Shown: piece by piece, positions 1 through 13,071 of the stretch
Layout of the letters: every line of letters begins with the position of its first letter
Numbering within the stretch: the first letter of the stretch is position 1
Source of the DNA: the human T2T-CHM13v2.0 reference genome, Homo sapiens
Strand: one strand, 5' to 3'
Assembly: GCF_009914755.1 (NCBI RefSeq)
Contig: NC_060926.1
DNA: 64,000 nucleotides
The notes under the pieces: model-generated
The model's database searches: none
What the model saw: the letters and a program-made list of their open reading frames with translations, nothing else
What the model was told of the DNA's origin: nothing
Made by a program: the position numbers and the translations under genes

Positions 1-1387
1 GCTCAAAGGCTGTGGCCAGAGGAGGGGGCTTGGGGTGCAGGTCCTCCCTGGGAGGGACAGCCCATATGAGGCTGCGGCACAGCCTTCAGATCACGTCCAC
101 CTCCAGCACAGAAGGCCATTGAGGTGTCCGTCAGGAAGTGCTCTGTGACTTGACGGACACATATTTGTGAATACAGAGCAATCAGGAAATATGCCCTGGC
201 TTGAGTGCAGCCTCAATTCTGACATTTCATCCTCAGCAACACAGCTTCAGAGAGGCGGGCCTGCCTGTGTGGCAATAATAATAGTATATGATAATGCACA
301 CGCTGGGGCCTGGGCTGACATTGCAGGCTGGGCCCTGTGCTGAGAACTAAGCATTTTTCAGAGATCTAATTTAACAGGAGCAAAGGTGGCTAGCAGACCT
401 ACGGGGGCAGCTTCCCTAATCAACCTTTTCACACCCCAAAAGGTAAACACCTATGCATTAGTACAACTTAACCCAACAGCTAACTAGGACAGCATGCCCA
501 GAGCACCTCTATTTTAAAAACAAATTGTGCATGTTAATAATTTTAAGTAAAGCTGAAATTTTTAAATTAACTTTTTAAATTTGTTTTTCGTTTCAATTGC
601 TCTAAACCAGGCATGGGCCTGGGCATGGAATGAGCATTTCACATTTATAGACAAGTCTGAACTCGACAGTGATCTATAAATAAACTTTTTAAACTGGAGG
701 TCCCAGCCACCTGCACAATGCAGCTGTGGCCTTATGCACAGACACTAACCCCAGCCCCCAGCTCCCAGCCCCCACCTCTTGGCAGCTAGCAGCCAACATC
801 GTCTTCTTGGGGAAGAGACTTAGGACGCATTGGAAGATCTCCACAAGGCAGGGCACGGGGAGAAACTTGGCTAAAGAGAGAAGCAGTGGTGGTACTGGCG
901 ATGAAGAGGGCAGGCAGGTCGCCCCTCTCCTCCACAGTGTGACTCTCAGGCCTGCTATGGACAGAGGGAAGGGGCCACCTGCCTGCCAGTCAGAGTGGCT
1001 CGCCTTGCTGATCTTCAGTGCTGCTCCTTGGGTCAGCTGTAGGATGAGAATTACTCTACCTGGGCTTGAAGATACCATTCTCTTCTCCTCAGACTCATTT
1101 GTGAAGCAGAGTTTAACATGTGGCAGCTATTCCTTCTTCTTTTTTTAATTAATGGAATAACCATCATGTTTCAAAATGTTCCAAGACACAGACATGCCAT
1201 GGAGAAGTGAAGGGTGGGAGCACATGAGTGTATCTTATTTCAATAAGAATACAGAGCCAAGGTATTTGAGCATAAGTAAATTAAAACTCGAGGACAGCCC
1301 CGAATAACAAGAGTGGGATGATCAGTGAAAGAGACCCAAGAGGAAGGAAACCAAAGTCAATACGAAAAGAGCTGGCCCTGGCCTGAC

Positions 1388-1431
1388 CTTCCCATGGTAA
1401 CGGTCAAATGCTCACTGGGCTGGTGACGTCA
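1388..1431. promoter_or_regulatory. Candidate enhancer motifs: RFX X-box-like site plus palindromic CRE
   Basis: CTTCCCATGGTAAC at 1388-1401 (X-box GTTNCCATGGNAAC with 1 mismatch) and TGACGTCA at 1424-1431. Motif evidence only. Confidence 0.35.
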
Positions 1432-1838
1432 AACCTTTACCATCCCCTTGCCAAGCTTTTCCTCACAGAGTTGCAACGCAGGCTGGAGGAAGCGGTGAAA
1501 GGGCAACAAAGGAGGGACCCAGCTGCCTCCACTCTCAGTTCAGGGCCACTGGAAGGCTTCTGCCCTGGCAGGCAAGTCCTCAAAAAAAAAAGGCAGTGAG
1601 CCTCAGTTTACCCAGGAAACTCTCTGGCATCAGGCCTTCCCCACCTCCTCTGACCAACTGGCTCCGCTGCCTGGAGGAATTGGCATGGTCCTAGGTGAGG
1701 AGGCACAGGAATCAGACTTGGTACCTGGATGGCGACCCTCTTCTCTCTTGGGGACCTGTCCTTTGTAGGAGGCCTCTGTGGAGTGGGATAGCCCCAACTT
1801 CCCAGAAGGGAAAAAAACTTTTGTAAAAGTGAGAAACA

Positions 1839-3296
1839 GCCCTCTCCCTCTCCCCGGTCTCCCTCTCCCTCTCCCCGGTCTCCCTCTCCCTCTCCCCAGT
1901 CTCCTTCTCTCTCTCCCTCTCTCTCCACGGTCTCCCTCTGATGCCGAGCCGAGGCTGGACTGTGCTGCCGCCATCTCGGCTCACTGCAACCTCCCTGCCT
2001 GATTCTCCTGCCTCAGCCTGCCGAGTGCCTGGGATTGCAGGCGCGCGCCGCCACGCCTGACTGGTTTTTGTATTTTTTGGTGGAGACGGGGTTTCGCCGT
2101 GTTGGCCGGACTGGTCTCCAGCTCCTGACCGCGAGTGATCCGCCAGCCTCGGCCTCCCGAGGTGCCGGGATTGCAGACGGAGTCTCCCTCACTCAGTGCT
2201 CAATGGTGCCCAGGCTGGAGTGCAGTGGCGTGATCTCGGCTCGCTACAACCTCCACCTCCCAGCCGCCTGCCTTGGCCTCCCAAAGTGCCGAGATTGCAG
2301 CCTCTGCCCGGCCGCCACCCTGTCTGGGAAGTGAGGAGCATCTGCCTGGCCGCCCATCGTCTGGGATGTGAGGAGCCCCTCTGCCCGGCTGCCCAGTCTG
2401 GGAAGTGAAGAGCGCCTCTTCCCGGCCGCCATCCCATCTGGGCAGTGAGGAGAGTCTCTGCCTGGCCGCCCATCATCTGGGATGTGAGGAGCCCCTCTGC
2501 CCAGCCGCCCAGTCTGGGAAGTGAGGAGTGCCTCTTCCTGGCCGCCATCCCATCTGGGAAGTGAGGAGCGTCTCTGCCCGGCCACCCGTCGTCTGAGATG
2601 TGGGGAGCGCCTCTGCCCCGCCGCCCCGTCTGGGATGTAAGGAGCACCTCTGCCTGGCCGCGACCCCGGCTGGGAACTGAGGAGTATCTCTGCCCGGCCA
2701 GCCACCCCGTCTGGGAGGTGAGGAGCGTCTCTGCCCGGCCGCCCCGTCTGAGAAGTGAGGAGCCCCTCTGCCCGGCCGCCACCCCGTCTGGGAGGTGTAC
2801 CCAACAGCTCATTGAGAACGGGCCATGATGACGATGGCGGTTTTGTCGAATAGAAAAAGGGGGAAATGTGGGGAAAAGAAAGAGAAATCAGATTGTTACG
2901 GTGTCTGTGTAGAAAGTAGACATAGGAGACTCCATTTTGTTCTGTACTAAGAAAAATTCTTCTGCCTTGGGATGCTGTTAATCTATAAGCTTACCCCCAA
3001 CCCCCTGCTCTCTGAAACATGTGCTGTGTCCACTCAGGGTTAAATGGATTAAGGGCGGAGCAAGATGTGCTTTGTTAAACAGATGCTTGAAGGCAGCATG
3101 CTCGTTAAGAGTCATCACCACTCCCTAATCTCAAGTACCCAGGGACACAAACACTGCGGAAGGCCGCAGGGTCCTCTGCCTAGGAAAACCAGAGACCCTT
3201 GTTCACATGTTTATCTGCTGACCTTCCCTCCACTATTGTCCTATGACCCTGCCAAATCCCCCTCTCGGAGAAACACCCAAGAATGATCAATAAATA

Positions 3297-3324
<28 letters not shown>
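1839..3324 (+). mobile_element. Full-length SVA retrotransposon (SVA_B/C-like)
   Basis: (CCCTCT)n hexamer at ~1840-1925, antisense Alu-like region, GC-rich VNTR at ~2300-2790, SINE-R, AATAAA at 3289-3294 and poly(A). TSD AAAAGTGAGAAACA at 1825-1838 and 3325-3338. Confidence 0.97.
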
Positions 3325-3330
<6 letters not shown>

Positions 3331-3654
3331 GAGAAACATAAAAACAACTCAGACACACATGAAAGGAATCTGTAAATTATGAAAAATCTGGTGGTTCTAT
3401 TTCATTCTGCAACAGTTTAAAAACTGCAAGATAAAAAAGATCGAGATAAAAATAGAAACCTACTGTTACCATGTCTAAGCAAATTATGCCATTCCACCCC
3501 CAGCCCTGCAAACATTCTAGGTATGCTCCTCTGGAGGTCACGAACCCAGACGCAGGCAGGGGCTGGTGGTTCAAGGGACAAATAAAGAGGCCCGGCAGCC
3601 CCAGAGACCCCTGCCCCATGTGCAAGGGGCAGCCACCACTCACCTCCTGCCCAC

Positions 3655-3812
3655 TTGCAAATTTCCAAGAGAGGCAGAAGATCCAGATTTTAAATCTCCT
3701 GCTTTGAAATATTAACAACTAATTTTTTCCAGCATTTAAACACTGCCGGCCAAATAGAACACATCTAGGGGCAGATTTGTCCAGCAGCTCCTCTCTTTCC
3801 CCATTTGCACCC
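3655..3812 (+). mobile_element. MER102-like hAT-Charlie DNA transposon fragment
   Basis: 'tttccaagagaggcagaagatccagattttaaatctcc...aacaactaat...aaacactgccggccaaatagaacacatc' resembles the MER102 3' half. Confidence 0.65.
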
Positions 3813-3929
3813 TGTATTCTAAACCTCTGTGCTATTTCTAGTTGAGGTCAGATAATTGTGTTTTTCTCCTAAAAGTCAGGCTTGGCTCTGGTACACTTCT
3901 GGCAGAGCCATACGTTGGCATCACTTTTT

Positions 3930-4790
<861 letters not shown>

Positions 4791-4795
4791 CTGTA

Positions 4796-5213
4796 CTCTT
4801 CCAGGGATGGTGTCTGGAGGCACTCAGAATGGTCCTGCATTGGGCATAGGCTTTCCTACAATGCAGCCTCTAACAAAACTAGACTTTCCCAAACTTCTGA
4901 TAATAGAATTGCTTACCTTTATACCAAGAAGGCTGGGAAGACACCCATATCTGCATGTGACCTGTGCCCAGGCAAATGGAGGGATTTGCGCTGTGAGACC
5001 AAAGTTCTTAGGAGATTGTCTAGAATGAAAAAAGTCAGCAAGGCTGATGGTGGTCCCATGAGTGCCAAATGTGTCTGTGACCAGACCAAGTGTGCTTTCC
5101 TTATTGAGGAGCAGAAAGTTGTTGGGAACATGCTGAAGGCACAAATACAGAACCAGAGAACTAAATTTAAAATAAATAAATAAATAAAGCTTTTTTGAGT
5201 AATTAAAAAAAAA
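4796..5213 (+). pseudogene. RPL34: Processed pseudogene of ribosomal protein L34 (RPL34P-type)
   Basis: Intronless match to recalled RPL34 mRNA. It has a 5'TOP-like CTCTTCC at 4796 and 'gcactcagaATGGTC' (ATG at 4829), then an early frameshifting deletion. The remnant peptide [41 protein letters not shown] compares with RPL34 [42 protein letters not shown]. The 3'UTR 'cttttttgagtaa' is followed by an A-tract. Confidence 0.95.
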
Positions 5214-5524
5214 CCCCAAAGGCAAAAACACACAAGAACATCCATTGTCTGAAAAACGAGAGAGAAACTGAAACCAGTTTAAATGCAAGCCTAAACTATA
5301 AATTATATGAATATCAATGTTTGGACTCAGTGCTGTGGGCTCAGATATTTATCATCAGTAGTGAGGTATTTCTACTTCCTCTAAAAAAAGGTTATGCATA
5401 GTAACTACATACCTGGACCAAACCCCTAGAGATCGTCTTGCACATGTCCCTAAGGGAGAGTGTGCCCTGCAGCTCCACATGGACAGCAGAACGGTGGAGA
5501 CAACCGAATATCCACTGACGGCAG

Positions 5525-5888
5525 TGCAACAGGCTGAATGCGTGTGTCCCCCAAGAATTCATGTGTTGAAACCCAATCCCCAATGTGATGGTATTTAGGA
5601 GGTGGGGCCTTTTGGAGGTGATCAGGTCACGAGACTAAGATCCTCATACAAGGGATTAGTGCCTTTATAAAAGAGGCCCCAGAGAGCTCGCTCACTCCTT
5701 CCACCACGTGAGCACACAGCAAGAAGGCAACATCTGTGAACCAGGAAGCAGACCCTCACCAGCCACCAAATCTGCTAGCACCCTGATCTTGGACTTCCCA
5801 ACCTCCGGAACTGTGAAGAATAAATTTCTGTTGTTTATAAGCCACCCCAGATGGCATTCTGTTATAGAAGCCCAAATGGATTGAGACA
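5525..5888 (+). mobile_element. MLT1A/MLT1A0 MaLR solo LTR
   Basis: TG...CA ends, MLT1A0-like body, TSD GGCAG at 5520-5524 and 5889-5893. Confidence 0.9.
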
Positions 5889-7834
5889 GGCAGAATGGAG
5901 AAGTAGAATATGCCCTGGTCAGCAGTTAAAGGGAACAAGCTAGTTCAAACTCCAGGAAGATACAGATGACAGTGATGAGCTAAAATAAACAAATAAGTAA
6001 AACTTCTGCACCTACAAAGAAGTCCTGTCCCAAAAGCTGAACCAGCTTCTAGTCCAGCCTTTAGATAAATATCCATTTCTTGGAGTTAAAGAAATACAGG
6101 ATCAGGCTCTATGACACTCTGAGAGCAAAAGGAGACCCCCAAATGGGGGCTGTTTTCCAGGCAAGTGATTGGGTTCCTTTGCTTTCATGGAATAAAAATA
6201 AAACAGGGGAGGGAAGGATGCTCCACACACAGCGTCTGGACTCTAATTCACACAGACCAACCGAAAAAGATATTTTTAAGACAGGGAAATCTGACTACAG
6301 ATGGTAAGAAATTCTTACTGCTTTTGTTACATTTGATAGTAGCTTTGTGGCTATGTAAAAAAAAAAAAAAAGTAAACAGTGTAGCATTGCACACAGCTGT
6401 TAGGATGAAATGACAGGATGACTAGGATCTGTGATAAAACGCTTCAGCAAAGAGGATAGGAGGAAAGTAAGCAAATGTGGTAACATCCTAAGAACCACAG
6501 ATGCTGAATGGTAGGCATAAACTTCTCTGCTCTGGCTGTGTGTGTGGACTGTATGGACAAGTGTAAGAAATGGGCTGGAAGGGCACAAACCTGTAGTGAG
6601 GAGGCTGCCTCTGGGGCAGGGGGCCCGGGGAGTGGGGAGAGCCAGTGAGACTCCCACCTCTATACAATGCCTTAATATAGCATTAAAACAAAGACCCAAG
6701 GCAAGAATGACGAGACAGTACTGATGACCGAATCCGGGTGGTATGAGCACAGGGATTGGTGTGTTCTCTGTGCTTCTGTGTATTTAGTTTTTCACAATAA
6801 AATAACTTCAAAACAGAAGACACAGGAAGATGAAACAAGAGCTTATGCAACCCATGGGAAGATACAGACCCTGGAGCCAAGGATGTGGGACCCACTTGGC
6901 TCATGGAGCTGCTCGCCAGGAAGGCCCAGAAACTCGGCATTTGGTCACACAGGTGACTGGGGCTTTGGCCACACTGACTGCTGGAGCACCACGGGCCCTG
7001 GGAGCACTCTGGGGACACAAAACCACATATGAACATATATGGCCACGTTTGACAAATGGAGAGAAACCTGGACTGCTGGTCACCCTCCACAGACCTGAAC
7101 AAAGGATTTAGTAGTCAGGTGTCTAAAGCTGGGCTGGTATGGGGACTTTCTTCTTTAGGAACAGGCTCATTTCCTTCAACACCATTGATTATTGATTGTT
7201 ATTTAAAAGCTCCATACATTTAGCCATTCAATAACTATTCAGCAAGTGTCTGCTCCTTACCAGGCACTCAGGTCCCATACAAGAGTGGCTGATACCAAGC
7301 TACACAGCTTGGCATCATCCTAGCCAGCCAAAGCCTGCAACAGGAGCCCCACCTGGGTGCCCGCCCATCCCCACACCTCCCCCTGGTATCTGCAAATGGG
7401 GTAATCAGAGCACCTGAGGAGGGAGAGCCAGCTAATTATCTTCAAGCTCTTAGACCAGTGCTTGCCTCACAGAAGCCCCCAAATACGCCTATGGGCCTGT
7501 CCCCATGGACCCTGTCCTTGTTCTTATCCTGTCCTCGGGAGCTGCCCTGAATGCCCCTTTTTAACAAGGTCTGCCTTCCCTGGGGGTTTGGAGTGGCTTC
7601 CACGTAGCCTTGGCCCCAAGCTTACCGCTAAGGAAAAGCCCAGGGCTCACTTCCCTCTGAGTTTCAACAACAAAAACATTCTAAGAGAGATCACATGTAT
7701 TCAGGAAAATTTCAAGAAAGGAGACCATGGAGAATCATTGATTTAAAGTGATAGAGGGAGAAGGTAGAAAATGACAAGCAGATTAAGGAAGCCCAAAATA
7801 AAATCAGCAAGAATGCAAATCCTGAGTAGGATTT

Positions 7835-7836
<2 letters not shown>

Positions 7837-7872
<36 letters not shown>
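7837..7872. repeat. (TG)18 microsatellite
   Basis: Perfect TG run. Confidence 0.97.
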
Positions 7873-7875
<3 letters not shown>

Positions 7876-9373
7876 CTCCTTCTTTGTACTTTGCTGATTT
7901 TCATTTTTTTTTCAAACATGAGCTTATATTACCTTTATCTTTAGAAAATAAAAACCTATTTTTAAAAAACCTATCCATTCAAAGTGAATTGTGGTGATCA
8001 GATTTCACCTGTTTTTCATTCACAATAGTTTGACATAGAATAGGGACGGGAACCCTCATTAACCGCATAGAATCAGGTGCCTCCAAAACTGCACTTGGGG
8101 GATATCTTTACGTGCAGCAAATTAAACCAAGCCAGTTCAAGGTTACAGAAAGCATTCCACAGACAGGGGCACCCCATGACAGAACCCGAACCACGTGGGA
8201 AGAAGTGTTTTCAGCTGTGCATAGCAATCACAGCTAGACTATCCACATTCTGATTGCTTTAAAAAGATACACCTTTTCCTGTTTTAAATCAGCAGATGCA
8301 AATGCAAAATGCCAGCCTGTCCACGCCGCAGCTTGGTAACAGTCAGGATGGGACTCAAGAAAAATCATGATTATAGTTCTGTGCTGAAATGGAGACAAAC
8401 AGAAGATTTTCCTGGGTGGGGGCTTAACTGCCAGAACTGCCCTGCCTCCCCCCGCCCCCCTTCCCTGAATCTAGTCCTTTGCTTCTCTTCTCCTAAGCAG
8501 TCACGGCTCATTTTCAAGTGCCTCGAGGAAGCTTGTGTTTTCCTTTGATCTGATGATGCTGAGTCAGGGGAGTAGGTAGATGAGGAACAGAAGGAGAAAG
8601 CAACATCGGGGTGGAAGGACCAGGGCAAGGTTGCCTTGGGAAATGGAGTGATTTTCTAGGTATTTGATAAACCAAAAACAATGTGATCCATGTGCACTAC
8701 ATTTGATGATTTGTAAAATGCAAAAGTCATGCATTATTCATACAAAATGAGTAATTCACCAACTGGTTCCCAACGATCAGGCACCAGGCCTACACTGACA
8801 CCTTGATTCCTTACAGTAGCTAAGCCAGCAGGCAGCAGCAGCCCACGACACCCCCAGGAAAACCCAGAGTGGGGGCAGAGGGACCATTCCAGCCCGCGTC
8901 TGCCAGGCTCCAAAGCAATCCCCTTGTCACAGCTCCATATACAGCTGCAGAATGTTAACATTAAAAAAAAAGAAAAAATAGCATAAAACTGATTGCAGAA
9001 CAAAAACCAAACTTTGGGCTTAAAGTTAACTGTCAGTTCATGAGAGTAGTGAGCTTTGTCTGTTTTATTTACTCCTGGGTCCCCAGGCCTCAAAAGGAAA
9101 GCAGTCACACTCAAGAAGACATTAAATGAAAACAACACAAAGCTCAAAAGCCACAGACTTGCATCATCATTTTAAAAATCACAGATTTCTGTTGAAATGA
9201 GAGCTGCCATGTGCATCCGTGATGATTCAATGCCAATGAGAGGCTTCTTGGTGACAGAAACCACTGGGACGTATTCTGTATCAGATGAGATGGCAGTGGT
9301 GTACAATGCATTGGTCACACCAATGCTATCCTAGTCTTGCACCAAGAACTGAATTTTTCAGGTGAGCAGATGA

Positions 9374-9752
<379 letters not shown>

Positions 9753-9959
9753 CACCCAAACAATTCTGAGTTGTTTATCATCCCTAATACCCTCTATGAA
9801 GAGGGCCCTGCACCCTGGGCAGCAATGGGTTCCACTGAGCCCCACGACAGGCCTGGGTTGTGAGATGGGAATAGGAGCAGGGACAGGGCTGAACTGCACC
9901 TGGTAGTCAAGGATGGAGACTTCCCAGCTGTGTAGAAGGTGGTCTGAGAGGGGACATGA

Positions 9960-10260
9960 GTGCTGTGACCGATAAACCTCCATGCTCAGAGATGTCTCAC
10001 GATGAAAGTTCTTTCTTGCTCACAGGCAGTCCAAGGTGAGTGTTTAGGAGGCAGCCTTCCACACCATGGTTCAGGGATCCAGGATCCTTCCAACTCGTGG
10101 TGGCCTCTGGCCAGTAGACAACCACTTAGGTGAGGTGACCCACATCACATCCACTCCCATCTCACTGGTGGGAACTGGTCAAGGGGCCCCATCTAGAGGG
10201 AAGGGAGACTGGGGACATGACCCTTGCCAAGCCAGCTGTATCCATCACAACTCCATACAA
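9960..10260 (-). mobile_element. Old MaLR LTR fragment (MLT1J/K-like)
   Basis: 'ttctttcttgctcaca...cacatcacatccactcccatctcactgg...aagggagactgggg' resembles antisense old MLT1. Confidence 0.55.
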
Positions 10261-10695
10261 CGGGAAAGGAGCAGGAGCCTCCTCTGGTGGGGATGAAGGA
10301 AGTCCTGGAGGATGAGAGCAGCCACTGAGGCTGGGCTGGGCTGGAGAGGGGTCGGAAAGAGAGCCCTCCAGAGTCCAGCGAGGATGTGTCAGCTGGTGGC
10401 TGTGATGACATGAAAAACCTCCTTTACATCCTCCCTAGAAAAGTCTCAGTGATGTTTTATGGGGGATAGCTAGAAAGGCACTGAGTTCTGTGTTGGCTCT
10501 TACATGAAAAGAACTACAAATACCAGAGCCAGCCTGCATCAAACTTACATTACGTGAATGGACAACCCCAACTTCAAGATAGCCTGATGCTATGCATGCA
10601 AATTTCAATACCATCATGTATCTTGCAACTGTGGTCCTGCAATGAGTATCCACATTTTGCACATCTGGAATTCGAAATGTACATTGTAAGAAAGG

Positions 10696-11094
10696 TGTAC
10701 TGGGTTCACAAGTGTTCCTCCAAAAATTCAGGTCTATCTGGAACCTCAGAATGTGTCCTCATTTGGAAATAGGGTCTTTACAGATATAATTCATTCAGAT
10801 GAGATCATACTGGAATAGGGTGAACCCTAAATGCAATATGATTGGTGTCTTTATAAGAAGTGGAGCGACACACAGGGAAAAAGACTATGTGAAGACCAAG
10901 GCAGAGAGATCGGAGTGATGCAGCTGCAAGCCAAGAACACCAAGAATTGCTAGCAGCAGCTAAAAGAGACAAGGAAAGGATCCTCCCTTATAGCCTCCGG
11001 AGGGAGCAGAGCTCTGCCAACACCTTGATTTCAGACTTCTGGCCTCCAAAACTGTGTAAGAATAAATGTCTGTTGGTATAAGCCACCCAGTTTG
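10696..11094 (+). mobile_element. MLT1C-like MaLR LTR
   Basis: 'ggaacctcagaatgtg...ttggaaatagggtcttt...caagccaagaacaccaag...ccttgatttcagacttctggcctcc...aataaat'. Confidence 0.85.
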
Positions 11095-11485
11095 CTTCCT
11101 AGGGCTGTTTGGTTACAAATCCTCATACAGTAGGGGATGGTCAGAGGGCAAAGTTAACAAAAATGAGTATAGAAGAAAGTATAGCTATCAGTGGCTCTTC
11201 CCAGTCTATCCCCACCTCTCTCCTTAGCACTGGATATTTTTCCAACAGACTGTAAGTCTCCCCAACCAATTGTCTTCAAACATGTCAAATACATGAAGTC
11301 TAGAGCCCTTCTCATGCCTCCTCCAACCACCCCTCTCTATGAGCCCGCCTTCCTATTTCTCCATCTGCTCACGTGTCCAGGCTGGAAGCCTTAGAGTCAA
11401 GCTCACCTCCTCTTTCCCGCACACCTCCCACATCACACCCATCACCCAGTCCTCACCTCTGCCTCCAGGTTCTTTTCTCTGATAT

Positions 11486-13071
11486 TGAGAAGTGACAGCG
11501 TGCTGGCAGTCCTCAGAGCCCTCGCTCGCTCTCCGCGCCTCCTCTGCCTGGGCTCCCACTTTGGCGGCACTGGAGGAGCCCTTCAGCCCACCGCTGCACT
11601 GTGGGAGCCCCTTTCTGGGCTGGCCAAGGCAGGAGCCGGCTCCCTCAGCTTGCAGGGAGATGTGGAGGGAGAGGCGCGAGCGGGAACCGGGGCTGCGCGC
11701 GGCGCTTCCGGGCCAGCTGGAGTTCCGGGTGGGCGTGGGCTTGGCGGGCCCCGCACTCGGAGCAGCCGGCCGGCCCTGCCAGCCCCGGGCAATGAGGGGC
11801 TTAGCACCCGGGCCAGCGGCAGCGGAGCATATACTGGGTCCCCCAGCAGTGCCAGCCCACCAGCGCTGCACTCAATTTCTCACCGGGCCTTAGCTGCCTT
11901 CCCGCGGGCCAGGGCTCGGGACCTGCAGCCCGCCGTGCCTGAGCCTCCCACCCCCTCCATGGGCTCCTGTGCGGCCCGAGCCTCCCCGACGAGCGCCACC
12001 CCCTGCTCCACGGCGCCCAGTCCCATCGACCACCCAAGGGCTGAGGAGTGCGGGCGCACGGCGCGGGACTGGCAGGCAGCTCCACCTGCAGCCCCGGTGC
12101 AGGATCCCCTGGGTGAAGCCAGCTGGGCTCCTGAGTCTGGTAGGGACGTGGAGAACCTTTATGTCTAGCACAGGGATTGTAGATACACCAATCAGCACTC
12201 TGTATGTAGCTCAAGGTTTGTAAACACACCAGTCAGCACCCTGTGTCTAGCTCAGGGTTTGTGAATGCACCAATGGACACTCTGTATCTAGCTACTCTGG
12301 TGGGGCCTTGGAGAACCTTTGTGTCTAGCTCAGGGATTGTAAATACACCAATCGGCACTCTGTATCTAGCTCAAGGTTTGTAAACACACCAATCAGCACC
12401 CTGTGTCTAGCTCAGGGTTTGTGAATGCACCAATCGACACTCTGTATCTAGCTACTCTGGTGGGGCCTTGGAGAACCTTTGTGTCTATACTCTGTATCTA
12501 ACTAATCTGGTGGGGACGTGGAGAACCTTTGTGTCTAGCTCAGGGATTGTAAAAGCACCAATCAGCGCCCTGTCAGAACAGACCACTCGGCTCTACCAAT
12601 CAGCAGGACGTGGGTGGGGCCAGATAAGAGAATAAAAGCAGGCCACCGAAGCCAGCAGTGGCAACCGGCTCGGGTCCCCTTCCACACTGTGGAAGCTTTG
12701 TTCTTTCGCTCTTTGCAATAAATCTTGCTACTGCTCACTCTTTGGGTCACGCTGCTTTTATGAGCTGTAACACTCACGGTGAAGGTCTGCAGCTTCACTC
12801 CTGAGCCAGCAAGACCATGAGCCCACCAGCAGGAACGAACAACTCCAGACGCGCCACCTTAACAGCTGTAACACTCACTGTGAAGGTCTGCAGCTTCACT
12901 CCTGAGCCAGCGAGACCACGAACGCACCAGAAGGAAGAAACTCCAAACATATCCAAACGTCAGAAGGAACAAACCAGACGCACCACCTTAAGAGCTGTAA
13001 CACTCACCGCGAAGGTCTGCGGCTTCATTCTTGAAGTCAGTGAGACCAAGAACCCACCAATTCCGGACACA
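11486..13071 (+). mobile_element. LTR12C (HERV9) solo LTR, full length
   Basis: Starts TGAGAAGTGACAGCGTGCTGGCAG and ends CCAATTCCGGACACA. TSD ATAT at 11482-11485 and 13072-13075. CpG-rich U3 with tandem CCAAT-containing repeats. Confidence 0.97.
12151..12722 (+). promoter_or_regulatory. LTR12C U3 enhancer/promoter (NF-Y CCAAT array, GATA site, TATA-like AATAAAA)
   Basis: CCAAT at 12188, 12270, 12348, 12389, 12430, 12558 and 12596. AGATAAG-AGAATAAAAG at ~12622-12638. Poly(A) signal AATAAA at 12717-12722. Confidence 0.75.

Noticed and set aside
1608-3286. Many overlapping ORFs up to 207 aa
   Set aside because: All lie within the SVA hexamer, Alu-like, VNTR or SINE-R modules. They are stop-poor GC repeats, not genes.
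8815-8944. Possible minus-strand exon (T-rich acceptor at 8945, GTAAGG donor at 8814)
   Set aside because: There is no protein-like frame and no independent support. Such site pairs are common in introns.
11353-12229. ORFs of 133-227 aa and a CpG-island-like stretch
   Set aside because: This is the GC-rich U3 of LTR12C. It is not a host-gene CpG-island promoter or CDS.
12151-12600. Regularly spaced repeats superficially like a CRISPR array
   Set aside because: The DNA is primate, the intervening sequence is itself repeated with no unique spacers, there are no cas genes, and it is the known LTR12 U3 tandem repeat.
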